The notes below the pieces were generated by a model. That model made no database searches, was not told where the DNA came from, and saw only the letters and a program-made list of their open reading frames with translations. Of a stretch of DNA of 64,000 nt, positions 33,501 through 58,900 are shown in pieces (position 1 is the stretch's first letter; each line of letters begins with the position of its first letter). This DNA is from Macrostomum lignano. Its lineage: Eukaryota. Where the stretch lies: assembly GCA_002269645.1 (NCBI GenBank), contig NIVC01001805.1:137906-201905 (forward strand), in the 5' to 3' direction. The position numbers were made by a program, and so were the translations under genes.

Positions 33501-36410
33501 CATGACGACTGTGTTGCACCAAAGACTACATATGTACTAGACATATACACTAGACTGTGCATGTACTAGAATCAAGGCCGGATATTTAGGGAACTATACT
33601 ACTCGCGTATACCATGTACTCTCGCAGTAGCGCAACCAGAAATTTGTTGAGGGGGCGAATCATTCGCTTGGTCCCCTTTGATTTTTTCCGGTCCCCCGAA
33701 GGAGGGGCAACCGCCCTCCCCCCCAGCTGGTTGCGCCAGCTGAATTACTCTCATTCTCATTCGTATACTCATTATATTGTACTGTACATGTTGTGTCGAC
33801 TTGTGTTGACGCCTTTTTGGTGCAAATATGTGTACTGTTTCTCTATCCTTGCTAAAATACACTGCTAAATAACTGAACTAGATGTATCATTCAGCTCATT
33901 ATACTATCGATTAATTTCATATACTTACACTGTACGTACTGTAACTAATTGCTTTGAAATAACTTGATTTAGTAACCACAATAAATTTGTTTACGAAAAT
34001 CAGACACCAATAAGAAACTATAGCCTTTGACTATACATCAAAGGGGGGAGGGGGCGGGGGGCGTCGGTCTTAGTTTTGGGCCCAATTATTCATGAGTATG
34101 AGGGGCGCCAATTTTTAAGCTAGGGGTGCAAAAATGCGTGTAGGAGGCGAAAAATCTAGTTTTTAAAGGGTGCAAACTTAGGTTTTGGGGGCTCAATAAG
34201 TTCTATCAAGCTCTATCCACGGGTACGTCCGCCCCTATTGGCGCCCCTTGCCTTATAAGTTATAGTCCCTGAATTAGCACATAAAAACATGTACAGTCAT
34301 AAGCTACGCTATAGTCCTATAGATATACAGTTGTTTTCTGAACTCGTTCAATGGCTTTTAAGACGTACATGTACATCTACAATACATGTAAATGTAGATG
34401 TAGTATAAAAAATCGAAACATCAATTCTCGTTGACTTGAGTTGAAAAATTAAAAGTATGGATAAAATTAAGTGCGCGCTGTTAAACATTAAGTGTTATGC
34501 CTCGAAACGCACTCAAACAAAATGATAATTGATAGCATACGAACCTTTATTACTTTAATAAGAGTTTAGTAACAGCATATTTTAATATTTAACAACGAAA
34601 AATAGTCAAATCAAGTCTAAAAAGCTTGTCACCGAATTGACCACTGGTGTCACCGAAACGTCCCAAGTTGTCACAGAAGTTGTTGTCACCGACATGTCTT
34701 GTCACCGAATTGACCTGGGACCATGCAAGCCGACCTGCACTATAGCAAACTAATAACTACTGCATTTTTAGCTACTTGTTTTATTAAAAATCCTGTTAGT
34801 TTTTAAAAAAAAATCTTAACCTTACAAGAATATACATATATATATCAAAAAAATATATTTTTGGTAAAGTAGATAGACTGTCAAGTCTCAATCTGAAGAT
34901 CAATAGAACATTGCTGAACTTTACTCAAATTTTTCATACCAAATTTACGCGAAATTTTACAATCAATTCAAACAAAGTCTTCCTTTAGATGCGTGAGTTT
35001 AGGCTATTAATTTCCTCAGAATGTAGTATAGTAAGCTAAAATAAGTAAAAATGAAAAAATACAACTAACGAAGTCAGCGGGCATTTGAGTCTAGATGAGG
35101 ACTAAGGGCAATCAAAAGAAATTTTAGGAATTTAGGCGAGAATTCTAAAGAATAGTCTAATAACTTCTTGTGGCTGGCGATGATGGCGCCCCTTTTCCTT
35201 TGGGTTGGCAGTCCTAAGTATTCAGTATATTCTGAACTACTTTAATTGAATGGACGGAGTGATTGAATCCAAAACAATTGACAAAATACTTCGAGTGTCA
35301 GAAAACCAAGCATTAGAAGTTGCTTGGCTAACTTCATACTATAGGCTCAGGTCTCTTGGTTGTCTTCTTCTAGTGGTCCTTGATACTTAACTGCCCGCTA
35401 ATTTTGATGTAGTCTGTGGCATTAAAAGGCAAGAATAGAGTGGGAATATCTTGTACGCAATAAGCTTCTTTCCATATACATGTACAGTACTTATTCATAC
35501 TTAGTGGTGTGTGGAGTGAATCGAGGTTTTTGCTTTAGACAGTTGCGTCGTCGAGCGCCCCCTGTAGATAATTTTTTAATTGAGAATTCAGGGCCTGAAG
35601 CAAAGATCATATATACAGAGAGAATATAAGATCTATGGCCTGAAGGTACCTTTTGTTGAAAAGTTTGCTAGCCGCTGTTGACATTATAGTCAGTCGGACT
35701 CGGCACACAATGAGCTGTTTATTTGTTTAATTTAAAAAAAACAGCGAAAGGACGACACCATGGGGAGTTAAAAACAACAGCAAAAAATCCTGACGTGAAT
35801 GAACCGCATGCTGTCAAATAAATAGAAGCTCAATCAACGAAAAGTCGGCTAACTACGGAGCGCACAAAACGCGATTATTGGAATAGAAGAAGCGCCTAAG
35901 CACGGTTTTTATGAGGTTTTCTTATGAAAAATGAAAGCAAATCAGCGATGCAATTGTTCACAAAATGCAGCACTCATGTACAATTCTATTATTCTGGCAG
36001 TGCAAATGCACAAGAGTTGCATCCTGCATTATAGGGTAAATATTGGTTAATAGACAATTAAATAAGGATTAAAATGATACATCAAGACAATTCCCGAGTG
36101 CCCCTGTTGTTGTTTCTACTGTTCAGTAATATTACATTACCAGTAATATTACAAGACCAGTAATATTGTATTACTAGTAGTACTCGTATTACATGACCAG
36201 TAATGTTGCATTACCAGTAACATTACATGACAGTAATATTGCATTACGGGTAATACTGCAGGACTAGTATTACTGCTGCAGTCTACATGCGTCTCAGTCT
36301 CAGCTCCCCTCAGATTTCGGGCCTTCGGAAAGATACAAATGAAGCCATTATGCTCATTTGAGCACAGAGAGCAAGTTCCCTCAGAGTCCCTGTGTGGTCT
36401 GTGCCCAGAT

Positions 36411-47980
<11,570 letters not shown>

Positions 47981-49164
47981 CTAGTTCTAGTAAGATCAAT
48001 AGAAAAAATCAAAAGTTAATACCGTCACCTGTCTATCAAATTAAATTAAGCTAGTTGTGGTAAGGGTAATCGTAATTATTTTACAGAGTCTACGGTTGAT
48101 TTTTTTAGATTATATCTATTTTTGATATAACTAAACTCTAACAGTATAAGTCGAAAAGACGACCGACCAAAAAAAAATTAAATGTCAAAGAAATATTAAA
48201 TTAAAAACGAAAATCAACACGTGCTGAGAATTCATTATAAAATTATATCTACAACTTTGACAATTTTTATTTCATTAGCAACTTTAATAAACCTATATTG
48301 TGCCTTTTGGAACTTACTTGCAGACATAAGATGGTTCAAATGTTTTAACCTTTGTTTTAAAAGCTTGACGGTTTACCAAAAAGCAACTCCGCCACGAAGA
48401 TTACTGTCTGTCCACATCGACATCGACATCGACATCAGAGCAGCCACATCGACAAATTTGCCCCTTTTGTAACAGAATAGTGGGTACTAATAGGTTTTTA
48501 TTTAAATAGCTGAGATCTTGTATGTTTTTGGCAACTCTGTCCGGCATGAGTACTGCAAATAATTGCTACATGTACGAGCATTGTATAGTAATACCTTAAG
48601 CATCTGTATTTATATATACTTTAAGCCATGCAATCGCTATTTTTCAGTCTAAGAGCATCGCCGCAGGCTGCCCAAAGGCCGCTCGAGAGGCCAGTCTGTA
48701 CTATTAGGTAAAAAGTTTTACAGCCTCACCTCCTCTGCTCAATTCAAGGTGACGTGCGCGCAGGGGGGATTGCTTCCTCCCGATTGCTCCTCTCGATCGA
48801 TCAACTTTCTCTGAGCGCATCAGTCATACCTCTTAATTTGCTCTGGAGGACAGGCGCCACAACGTCATCTGTGTGTACGCCAACCGCGCCAAGCACATCG
48901 ACAAATCCGTAACTGCAGAGCTCAATTCTGCATGCTACCAAACTTACATATAAATACTCTCCTTGATCAGCCAGCTTCCCGAGACCTCATCATTGTCCCA
49001 TACTTCTTGCATGTCTACCAGAGGGCGTCCTGTTGTTTTTAGACTTGGATCGGCGATTAATGCCAGACTAAGCATGGCGCAGCACTAAAAATGGCCTGCT
49101 GGCCGATCCCAAACAACCTGTGGCACCTTCTGGTGACTTCAGCTGCATGCATGGTAGTCGAGTA

Positions 49165-50213
49165 CGGGTTGTCAGAAAATTTCTGATTGTAATAACTTGA
49201 GAACGATAAAAAGTAGAAACATGAAAAGTTACAAATGTCTTCCTTAACATCTATTCACTCAAAGTGTGAGCCCTCAGCTTCAATGCACTTCTCCCAACAC
49301 CGCACCAGCACGTCAATGCCTGCAGTCATGCCATTGTTCGCTGGCGGCAATGCCAGCCTTGTAGGCCCGATTCACGTCTTCCTCTGCGCTGAAACGCTTG
49401 CCCCGCATCGACTCCTTTATGCTAGGAAGTGGAAAAGTCGCATGGACTTAAGTCCAGGAATAAGGCGGATGCGGAAGAATTTCCCACCCCCACGACTCGA
49501 TCGTAGCCAGCACGCTTTGCTTTCGGTGCGGGGCTGCGTTGTCGTGAAGCAGAATCGGGCCAGCCGCGTGAAGTGCAGGCCTTTTGTCCCGAATGGCACG
49601 CCGAACTTTCACCAGAACCCACAGGTGTAGAAATCACCTGCATTGACCGTCTGCCCCACTGGCACAGGCTGATCGAACAACAGACCCTCCCGGTCGAAGA
49701 AAGTCACGTGCATGACCTTCAGCTGGCCGATGCTCCGGATGGCTAGCTTTTGAGGTCGCGGAGAACCTGGTCTGCACCATGTGGCACTCTGCCGCTTCAA
49801 CTCCGCCTCCCAAGAATGCGCCCAGGTTTCGTCGCAGGCAACGATCCTTTGCAGGAACGCCATGCCCTCCCGCCGACACCGCTGCAGGTTGGATGCGCAC
49901 ATGGCGACCCGCAAAAGTCTCCTATGGTCTGCCGCATTTCTTCAAAAATCTCGGTTGCTGAACGCCCCTGAAGGACATGAAACTTGATGATCGCTCGATT
50001 GTCGCGTTTAGAAAAACTCTCTCGCAAGACGGAATGCGCCATGGGTGTGGTTGAAAAATTACTGCTACACAGGCTAGAAATGATCTGGTGCTCTGAAACT
50101 GAAGCTAGCGTCTCTTTATAATATGTAAATATCTATGGCTAAAACCCCAACTCTTCAGCTATTCGTAGAGCTGAGCTATTCTCTAATACACAGAACTTTT
50201 CTGACAACCCTCA
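49165..50213 (-). mobile_element. Degenerate mariner (DD34D-type) element
   Basis: TIRs TA-CGGGTTGTCAGAAAA (left) and TTTTCTGACAACCCTCA-TA (right). The transposase starts at ATG 50042 (MAHSV...RAIIKFHVLQGRSATEIFEEM) and includes IVACDETW, LHDNAAPH and HPPYS. It is frameshifted and part of the DNA-binding region is missing. Confidence 0.9.
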
Positions 50214-51299
50214 TAAACTGCCAAATAGTTATCGAAGGGGCGAGAGCTTCTTGACTTCGTCTGAATTCTAATTGCGCTGTAAATTTTGTTTTTCCATGAC
50301 ACTCATTATTGCCATCATTTAGACCTTGTACTTCGTGCACATGTACATGTAGGAGGCGTGAATGAATAAAATTATTGCTTGGGTATTGATCTTTATAGGA
50401 GCTACAATTTCAAGCCAATAGGAGAGCAACGATGCAAATTCAGTCGCGGGGGGGGGGGGGAATCAAGCCTGTGGTATGCTTAAGCCCAGAGAATATTTAA
50501 ACTATGCGCTACTAAATGGGTGGGTATTGCCTAATGACAGACATCAATTTGTCAACGATGAAGAGTCAAAACTCCAAATGGGGGGGATTTAAGCTACGAA
50601 AGACAAAATAAAACAAAAAACTATGCTCTGCAGACTTGATAAGGCTTGGAGACTGCTGGAATTATGGATCCCTTCTCTGCGCGGGGGTGAGCGGCCCCCT
50701 CTATCCCCTCGGCCTTTCCACACCCGCTCCATTATCCAAAGCGTCCTTGGCAACCAGGCTGTCTAAATTCTCAACTAGGCTGGCCACATGAGCTCAGGCT
50801 TCAGCAACAGGCACCATCCCTCCTGCCGCTGTGCCCAGTAACCACTCAGTGACGGCTGGGGTTGGCTTGCCTTCACCTGCCCTCTTCTGGCTGGAAGCGA
50901 TGGAAGACTGCAGGAACAAACAGACAGGCAAATCAACAGTCAGCCTACACTGGATGCACGGCAGGCCCCCAAACCGGCTGTGCTGCAGTTTGCGTTTTGT
51001 TAAAAAGTCCATTTAAGCCCTGATGGCGGCCAAGCTGCTGCATGGTCAGTGGAGCGGGGCTCGCGCTGTGCTTCTTATCGGGCTTAAACAGTTCTAACGA
51101 TTAATTCTGTAGCTGTAGATAAAAATTATCTACCTGGGCAGGTGGGAAAGTGAGAACTCCATAAAGTCACTGGCGCACTGGGATCACTGGAGCACAGAAG
51201 TAAAAAAATACATCAAGTGTTTAGGATGTGGCTGCATTGCAATTTATCCTAAGTCATCCTGCTCACGGACCCGACTAAAGCACTCCTGTCACCGCATTG

Positions 51300-52190
51300 C
51301 TTTGTTCACCAATTTCGGCGCCTCTTTCGCCAATTCTGGCGGCCTCTTTCACCAATTCTGGCGGCATCTCTTTCACCAATTATCACGGCGTCTCTTTCAC
51401 CAATTCTGGCGCTTCTTTCACCAATCCTGGCGGCGTCTCTTTCACCAATTCTGGCGGCGTCTCTTTCACCAATCCTGGCGGCGTCTCTTTCACCAATTCT
51501 GGCGGCGTCTCTTTCACCAATTCTGGCGGCGTCTCTTTCACCAATTCTGGCGGCGTCTCTTTCACCAATTCTGGCGGCGTCTCTTTCACCAATTCTGGCG
51601 GCGTCTCTTTCACCAATCCTGGCGGCGTCTCTTTCACCAATTCTGGCGGCGTCTCTTTCACCAATCCTGGCGGCGTCTCTTTCACCAATTCTGGCGGCGT
51701 CTCTTTCACCAATCCTGGCGGCGTCTCTTTCACCAATTCTGGCGGCGTCTCTTTCACCAATCCTGGCGGCGTCTCTTTCACCAATTCTGGCGTCTCTTTC
51801 ACCAATTCTGGCGGCGTCTCTTTCACCAATTCTGGCGGCGTCTCTTTCACCAATTCTGGCGTCTCTTTCACCAATTCTGGCGGCGTCTCTTTCACCAATC
51901 CTGGCGGCGTCTCTTTCACCAATTCTGGCGGCGTCTCTTTCACCAATTCTGGCGCCTCTTTCACCAATTCTGGCGGCGTCTCTTTCACCAATTCTGGCGC
52001 CTCTTTCACCAATTCTGGCGGCGTCTCTTTCACCAATTCTGGCGGCCTCTTTCACCAATTCTGGCGCCTCTTTCACCAATTCTGGCGCCTCTTTCACCAA
52101 TGCTGCCGCCTCTTTCACCAATCCTGGCGCCTCTTTCACCAATGCTGGCGCCTCTTTCACCAATTCTGGCGCCTCTTTCACCAATTCTGA
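51300..52190. repeat. 24/21 bp satellite TTCACCAATTCTGGC(GGC)GTCTCT
   Basis: About 38 copies, with TT/TC variants partly alternating. Confidence 0.97.
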
Positions 52191-52769
52191 GAACTAGAGA
52201 TGGAAGAGGATTGGAGAGCAATAACTTCAAATATTTTTCGAGTCAGACTTATTATCTTTATCATAACTAAATCATATATTGTTATATTACTTTTTTATAT
52301 TAAAGTATTAGATCTTTGAGAAGTCCCTGTCAACTGCACGAAGCCCCATCGCTCACTTGTCTCTCGTTAAAAGCGAGCGCCTCTCACCCACGCCCAAATA
52401 AAAAAATGATGTCAGATGCGGGCATCAAAGCGAGACGAGCACCCCCCCCCCTCCAGGCGGCCTCAGGCTGAGCGCCTCCATCCCCAATCTGCAGTCATCC
52501 GTGAGCCAAGATGGGATGGACTGAGGGATGGACTGAGTGTTCGTCAGATGCCCTGCAGGAAAACAAAGGATATAGATGGCCTAGAGCGGACCCCACAGGC
52601 AAAAATGCTTCGTCTTTATTATTTGTAAAGGCGCACCTTTGTCTTTGTACCTGTTGCTATTAATTATTCGTCAGCTGTCTCCTTTCAATTATTAACTTTG
52701 CATAAACTCAATCTTCTAAGTGCTGTCATCAGCTCGCGCAGTTATGATGACATTCCATCCCTGAGTGCA

Positions 52770-53182
52770 TGATCATGTGAGTGTGAGTGACATTTTATCC
52801 GTGAGTTGATCATGTGAGTGTGAGTGTGAGTGACATTCCATCCGTGAGTTGATCATGTGAGTGTGAGTGTGAGTGACATTCCATCCGTGAGTTGATAATG
52901 TTGGTGTGAGTGACATTCCATCCGTGAGTTGATCATGTTGGTGTGAGTGACATTCCATCCGTGAGTTGATCATGATCATGATCATGTGAGTGACATTCCA
53001 TCCGTGAGTTGATCATGATCATGATCATGTGAGTGACATTCCACCCGTGAGTTGATCATGTGAGTGTGAGTGACATTCCACCCGTGAGTTGATCATGTGA
53101 GTGTGAGTGACATTCCACCCGTGAGTTGATCATGTGAGTGTGAGTGACATTCCACCCGTGAGTTGATCATGTGAGTGTGAGT
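52770..53182. repeat. Minisatellite GTGAGTGACATTCCA(T/C)CCGTGAGTTGATCAT with variable (GTGAGT)n
   Basis: About 11 copies. Confidence 0.93.
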
Positions 53183-54076
53183 TATTACATTTCATCTATT
53201 CAGTAGCAGACTGTCCACAGACCTCCCAATACCGCAAGCCGCCTGCAAAAAGTGCTCGAAGGAAGTGGGGAAAAACTTCCCTTTCCTGACACAACCCCTC
53301 CTTCAGCCTGAGCAGGAGGCAGCCCGAGGCATTCTGGGAATGCCCCATTGTTCCCCACCCATCCCTCCTCATTTCCATCCCCTGTTCCCCGCCTTGGCCT
53401 CCCAGATCTTTTGCAACAATTTGGTCTCGGGTCGATTCTTGAGCCCTCCTCCCTCGCCCTCTTCCCTCGCCTTCTTTCCTCTCTGCCTCTGCGCTTCCCA
53501 GGCTGCAAATTGGGTCCAGAAATTAGGCGACAGGGGGGGGTCGGAGGAAGGTGGGAGACAGAATCAATGGGAGGAAAATAGGGGATATTTTTAGTAGAGA
53601 AGTCTGACTAGGGAGTTGGACTGGCTGATTGGTGGGCCATTGTGCGGCCTCCGCCCAGGTGGAGCAGAGCCTATGGCTTGCCTTAGCTGGGAATATCTGC
53701 AGGCTTGGGAGACGGCAGAACGGGAGACAAGCTTCTCTGTTGTCAAGCAATACCGGCGGGTGGGCCTTGCTGGCTTCCATTCTTTCAGCTCTTCTGTTTC
53801 TCTGCTTCTGCCCCCCCCCCTCAGACGCAGCTCCCCCACCTCCGCCGCCTGTAAGCCTCCCGTGAGCTTAGAGGCCCTCAGGCGGCTGCAGCAGTGTGAG
53901 CAGGGAGAGAATAGCAGAAGCAGCCTCAGCAGGCAACAACAGGTGCACAGGGAGACGCTCGCATCGCGGTAGTTGGCTGCGAGAAGCAGAAGAAAGAAGG
54001 GAGAAGGAAGACGTGCTCCAATTTCAGCAATAAACACTGAAAGAAGCCGCCGACAAGACAATTTTTTTGCAACCAG

Positions 54077-55766
54077 AGTCTGACGGCGACAGACTATCCA
54101 TTGCTACAGATGAAGAAAGCAAAGTTGAGCGGCTGAGCGACCGCCGGCCCAGCGCATCTCTCGGGCGAGCGACAGAGACTGGAAGCTCCATCTCGGGCCT
54201 CAGGGCTGGGCCAGTCGTCTTGAAGTTCGGGACAGCCAGCCGTGAGTGTCGTCCTGTAGAGCAAAGCCTCTCTGATGGGTTGTTTGGGCCGTGTCTAGTA
54301 GGGATATGCTTGAGTAGGGATATGCTTGAGTAGGGATATGCTTGAGTAGGGATATGCTTGAGTAGGGATATGCTTGAGTAGGGATATGCTTGAGTAGGGA
54401 TATGCTTGAGTAGGGATATGCTTGAGTAGGGATATGCTTGAGTAGGGATATGCTTGAGTAGGGATATGCTTGAGTAGGGATATGCTTGAGTAGGGATATG
54501 CTTGAGTAGGGATATGCTTGAGTAGGGATATGCTTGAGTAGGGATATGCTTGAGTAGGGATATGCTTGAGTAGGGATATGCTTGAGTAGGGATATGCTTG
54601 AGTAGGGATATGCTTGAGTAGGGATATGCTTGAGTAGGGATATGCTTGAGTAGGGATATGCTTGAGTAGGGATATGCTTGAGTAGGGATATGCTTGAGTA
54701 GGGATATGCTTGAGTAGGGATATGCTTGAGTAGGGATATGCTTGAGTAGGGATATGCTTGAGTAGGGATATGCTTGAGTAGGGATATGCTTGAGTAGGGA
54801 TATGCTTGAGTAGGGATATGCTTGAGTAGGGATATGCTTGAGTAGGGATATGCTTGAGTAGGGATATGCTTGAGTAGGGACATGCTTGAGCGTGGCAATC
54901 ATAGCTATTATCTGCAAGCGAATTCCCGGAACCAGCATCCGCAGACACCCGACCCGTCCATCAAGCAGACAGGCATGCAAGAGCCGCCGAAGATCACTCT
55001 GACGGGTGCCCAGGACTCCGGCAGCTGCGAGTCCACCACGGAGCCCCCCGACAACCGGCAGCAGCCCCAGCGGCATCAACCCGACGCCGCGGTCACCGGG
55101 TCGCTGGCGTCCATCCTGACGCCGAAGAGCCGGCACTCAAAGCCGGCCAGCCTCGCCGATGACGACGACTCGCCCGAGTTTCGCCTGTTCGACCGGCAAA
55201 GCTTCGAGTCCTTGCTCAGGCGCGAGCTGGAGTACCAGCGCCGGGTGGAGGAACGTCGACTCAACGCCGGCGAGGGCCGCCTGGTGGAGGGCGAGATCAA
55301 GTTCGACGACGATCCGGACGCGGAGGAGGACAAGGCCAAGGCCAGCCCGGAGCTGGCGGACGGCTGCGTGCTGCCATCGCGATTCGGCGACTTCCCCGAC
55401 GAGCTGCTGGCCAAGCCGATACAGGAAATCGATAGGCACATCAGGAAGCGGGTGAGGAGTGGGAGAATTTGGGGAGAGTACGGATATCGGGAACGGGAAC
55501 TCAAGAGGCTGCTCAAGCACAATTCTGTGCCAAACGCCATTTCTTCCAGTCATTCGTTGTGGTCAACACCCGATTCCGGCGGAAGTACATCTACAGATTC
55601 TCCGCCAATGAGGCCTTCTACTGCATGCCGCCCTGGAATCCCATCAGAAAGTTCTTTGTGTACTTGGCGACCAACCAGTTTGTTGACTACATAATCATGC
55701 TGACCATCCTGGCCAACTGCGTGTGCCTCGCCCTGCCGAATGACGTGTCTGTTGCAGAGTGAGTGC

Positions 55767-55853
<87 letters not shown>

Positions 55854-55860
55854 CACACAC

Positions 55861-55941
<81 letters not shown>

Positions 55942-55942
55942 A

Positions 55943-55981
<39 letters not shown>

Positions 55982-58900
55982 TTCGCCCCCATTTCAGATA
56001 TGTATTTCTGTCAGTCTACACTCTTGAGTTCATCATAAAGCTGTGCGCCAGAGGGCTGGTCATGGACAGCTACACCTACCTGCGGGACCCCTGGAATTGG
56101 CTGGACGTCGTAGTGTTGCTGATTTCGTGAGTTTTCTGGTCACGGAATTCACTGAAATTATTTGTCTCAAAGTACATTTGTACTTTTCTACCGCTTTGTT
56201 TGGCCTTCCATTTTCAGCTACGTGATGCTCATCCTGCAGAATGTGTCCCTGTCGAACAATGTCAGCGTCGGGTCATTGAGAACTTTCAGAGTTTTCCGCG
56301 TGCTAAAAACAATTACAATTTTTCCAGGTGAGCTGTTGCTACATACTTACGATGCGGGCCTGTTGAGGACCCTTCAACTATTCATTGTTTACGGTCCTCA
56401 GTGCCCGAGTCTGTTGAGGACCTTCACCTGACCTCAGTGCCCGAGTCTGTTGAGGACCATTCACCTGACCTCAGTGTCCGAGTCTGTTGAGGACCATTCA
56501 TCTGACCTCAGTGTCCGAGTCTGTTGAGGACCATTCACCTGACCTCAGTGCCCGAGTCTGTTGAGGACCATTCACCTGACCTCAGTGTCCGAGTCTGTTG
56601 AGGACCATTCATCTGACCTCAGTGTCCGAGTCTGTTGAGGACCATTCACCTGACCTCAGTGTCCGAGTCTGTTGAGGACCATTCACCTGACCTCAGTGCT
56701 CGAGTCTGTTGAGGACCTTCACCTGACCTTCAAAGTCCTCAGTCTATTAGTTTACTGAGTAGCAGGCAACTGTCAGAAACTCAGATTTGCAGCAATATAA
56801 CAAAAAGCAATTAGAGCCGCAAAACTGGCCCACCTTGTCAGGCATGAAGACCATCATCAGCGCCCTGCTGAGCTCATTCCGCATGCTCATGGAGGTCATC
56901 ATCCTCACCATGTTCTGCATGAGCGTGTTCTCACTAGTGGGTCTCCAGGTGTACATGGGGGTGCTGCGCAACAAGTGCGTGCTGTCCGTGGACTGGTCCG
57001 GCTTCAACAGCTCCGACTCGCTGCCGGACAACGGCACCGAGCTCAGCGCCCACCAGTTCTACGCGAACTGGGTGGACAACGTCACCAACTGGCTGTCCGA
57101 TGGAGACGGCGGCTACGTGCTCTGCGGCAACGTGAGCGGCTCCGGCCAGTGTCACAATGCTGCACCCGGCTACGTGTGCCTGGCGGACCGGGGTTCGAAT
57201 CCCAACTGGGGATTCACCAACTTCGACAACTTTGGCTGGTCGCTGCTGTCTATTTTCCAGCTGATTACGCTGGACTTCTGGGAGAACTTGTACGACCTGG
57301 TGAGCAATGCGGCTGGATGTTCAGTCGTCTATCGATTGCCGATGCCGAACATTGCCGAGCACCCAGTACTCATCCTGATGGTGCTGCTATCAGCTACCCG
57401 ATGCTCAACTGAGCACCCCAGTACTCTTCCTGATGGTGCTGCTATCAGCTACCCGATGCTCAACTGAGCACCCCAGTACTCATCCTGATGGTGCTGCTAT
57501 CAGCTACCCGATGCTCAACTGAGCACCCCAGTACTCTTCCTGATGGTGCTGCTATCAGCTACCCGATGCTCAACTGAGCACCCCAGTACTCATCCTGATG
57601 GTGCTGCTATCAGCTACCCGATGCTCAACTGAGCACCCCAGTACTCATCCTGATGGTGCTGCTATCAGCTACCCGATGCTCAACTGAGCACCCCAGTACT
57701 CTTCCTGATGGTGCTGCTATCAGCTACCCGATGCTCAACTGAGCACCCCAGTACTCATCCTGATGGTGCTGCTATCAGCTACCCGATGCTCAACTGAGCA
57801 CCCCAGTACTCTTCCTGATGGTGCTGCTATCAGCTACCCGATGCTCAACTGAGCACCCCAGTACTCTTCCTGATGGTGCTGCTATCAGCTACCCGATGCT
57901 CAACTGAGCACCCCAGTACTCATCCTGATGGTGCTGCTATCAGCTACCCGATGCTCAACTGAGCACCCCAGTACTCTTCCTGATGGTGCTGCTATCAGCT
58001 ACCCGATGCTCAACTGAGCACCCCAGTACTCTTCCTGATGGTGCTGCTATCAGCTACCCGATGCTCAACTGAGCACCCAGTACTCATCCTGATGGTGCTG
58101 CTATCAGCTACCCGATGCTCAACTGAGCACCCCAGTACTCATCCTGATGGTGCTGCTATCAGCTACCCGATGCTCAACTGAGCACCCCAGTACTCATCCT
58201 GTTGCAACTGTACACTCGCACTCTCTACACAATTTGTTGTCTTCTCTGTAACTTCAGATAATCCGCGCGAGCGGGACCTGGAACATAATCTTCTTCATCA
58301 TAATCGTGTTCTTCGGCTCCTTCTACCTGATCAACCTCATGCTGGCCGTGGTGACCATGCGATACGAGGAGCAGGCACTCGAGGACGTGAAGGTGAGGAT
58401 CAGAATCTCGGGTCACAGATGTGAACCAAGAACTGCATTGAGTAAATGCTAACCGAGACATCTTGATTAAAAGCAACATATTGATTCCATCGTCGATATT
58501 CTCCCGGAGAACGAACGAAAAAAATCCATCGAGAATCCCCCAAAAGCCGCCCAAAAAGCTCCTAGAGAATTATCTCAAAAATCCACCTCTCAATAATTCC
58601 ACAGAGAATCCTTCGAAAACCGACTCAAAAAATTTTAACTCTGAGAATCTTCCCCTGAGAACCCCTCAAGAATCCCCCGAGAATCCACCGAAAATCCCTC
58701 GAGAATCCCCCGAGAATCTCCTAAGAATCCCCCCGAGAATCCCCAGAGAATCCCCCGAGAGTACCCCGAAAATCCCCTAAAATCCCCGAAAATCCCCCGA
58801 GAATCCCTCGAGAATCCCCCGAGAATCCCCCGAGAATCCCCCGAGAATCCCCCGAGAATCCCCCGAGAATCCCTCGAGAATCCCCCGAGAATCCCCCGAG

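Larger units (their letters stand above)
29338..34722 (+). mobile_element. Apparently intact Mutator-like (MULE) DNA transposon, 5385 bp, ~0.7 kb TIRs, 8 bp TSD
   Basis: The termini are GGTCCCAGGTCAATTCGGTGACAAG... and ...CTTGTCACCGAATTGACCTGGGACC. The TSD ATGCAAGC lies at 29330-29337 and 34723-34730. The arms ~29338-30070 and ~34040-34722 are near-perfect inverted copies and carry subterminal TCGGTGACA repeats. Confidence 0.96.

Noticed and set aside
33625-33742. Small MITE inside the MULE (CAGTAGCGCAACCAG ... CTGGTTGCGCCAGCTG)
   Set aside because: The termini are suggestive, but there is no convincing TSD and it is very short; it is left as part of the host element.
50700-53950. LINE/RNase H fragments or additional Nav 5' exons in the GC-richer patches at 50.7-51.05 kb and 53.2-53.95 kb
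   Set aside because: No recognisable protein motif and no phase-consistent exon chain could be established.
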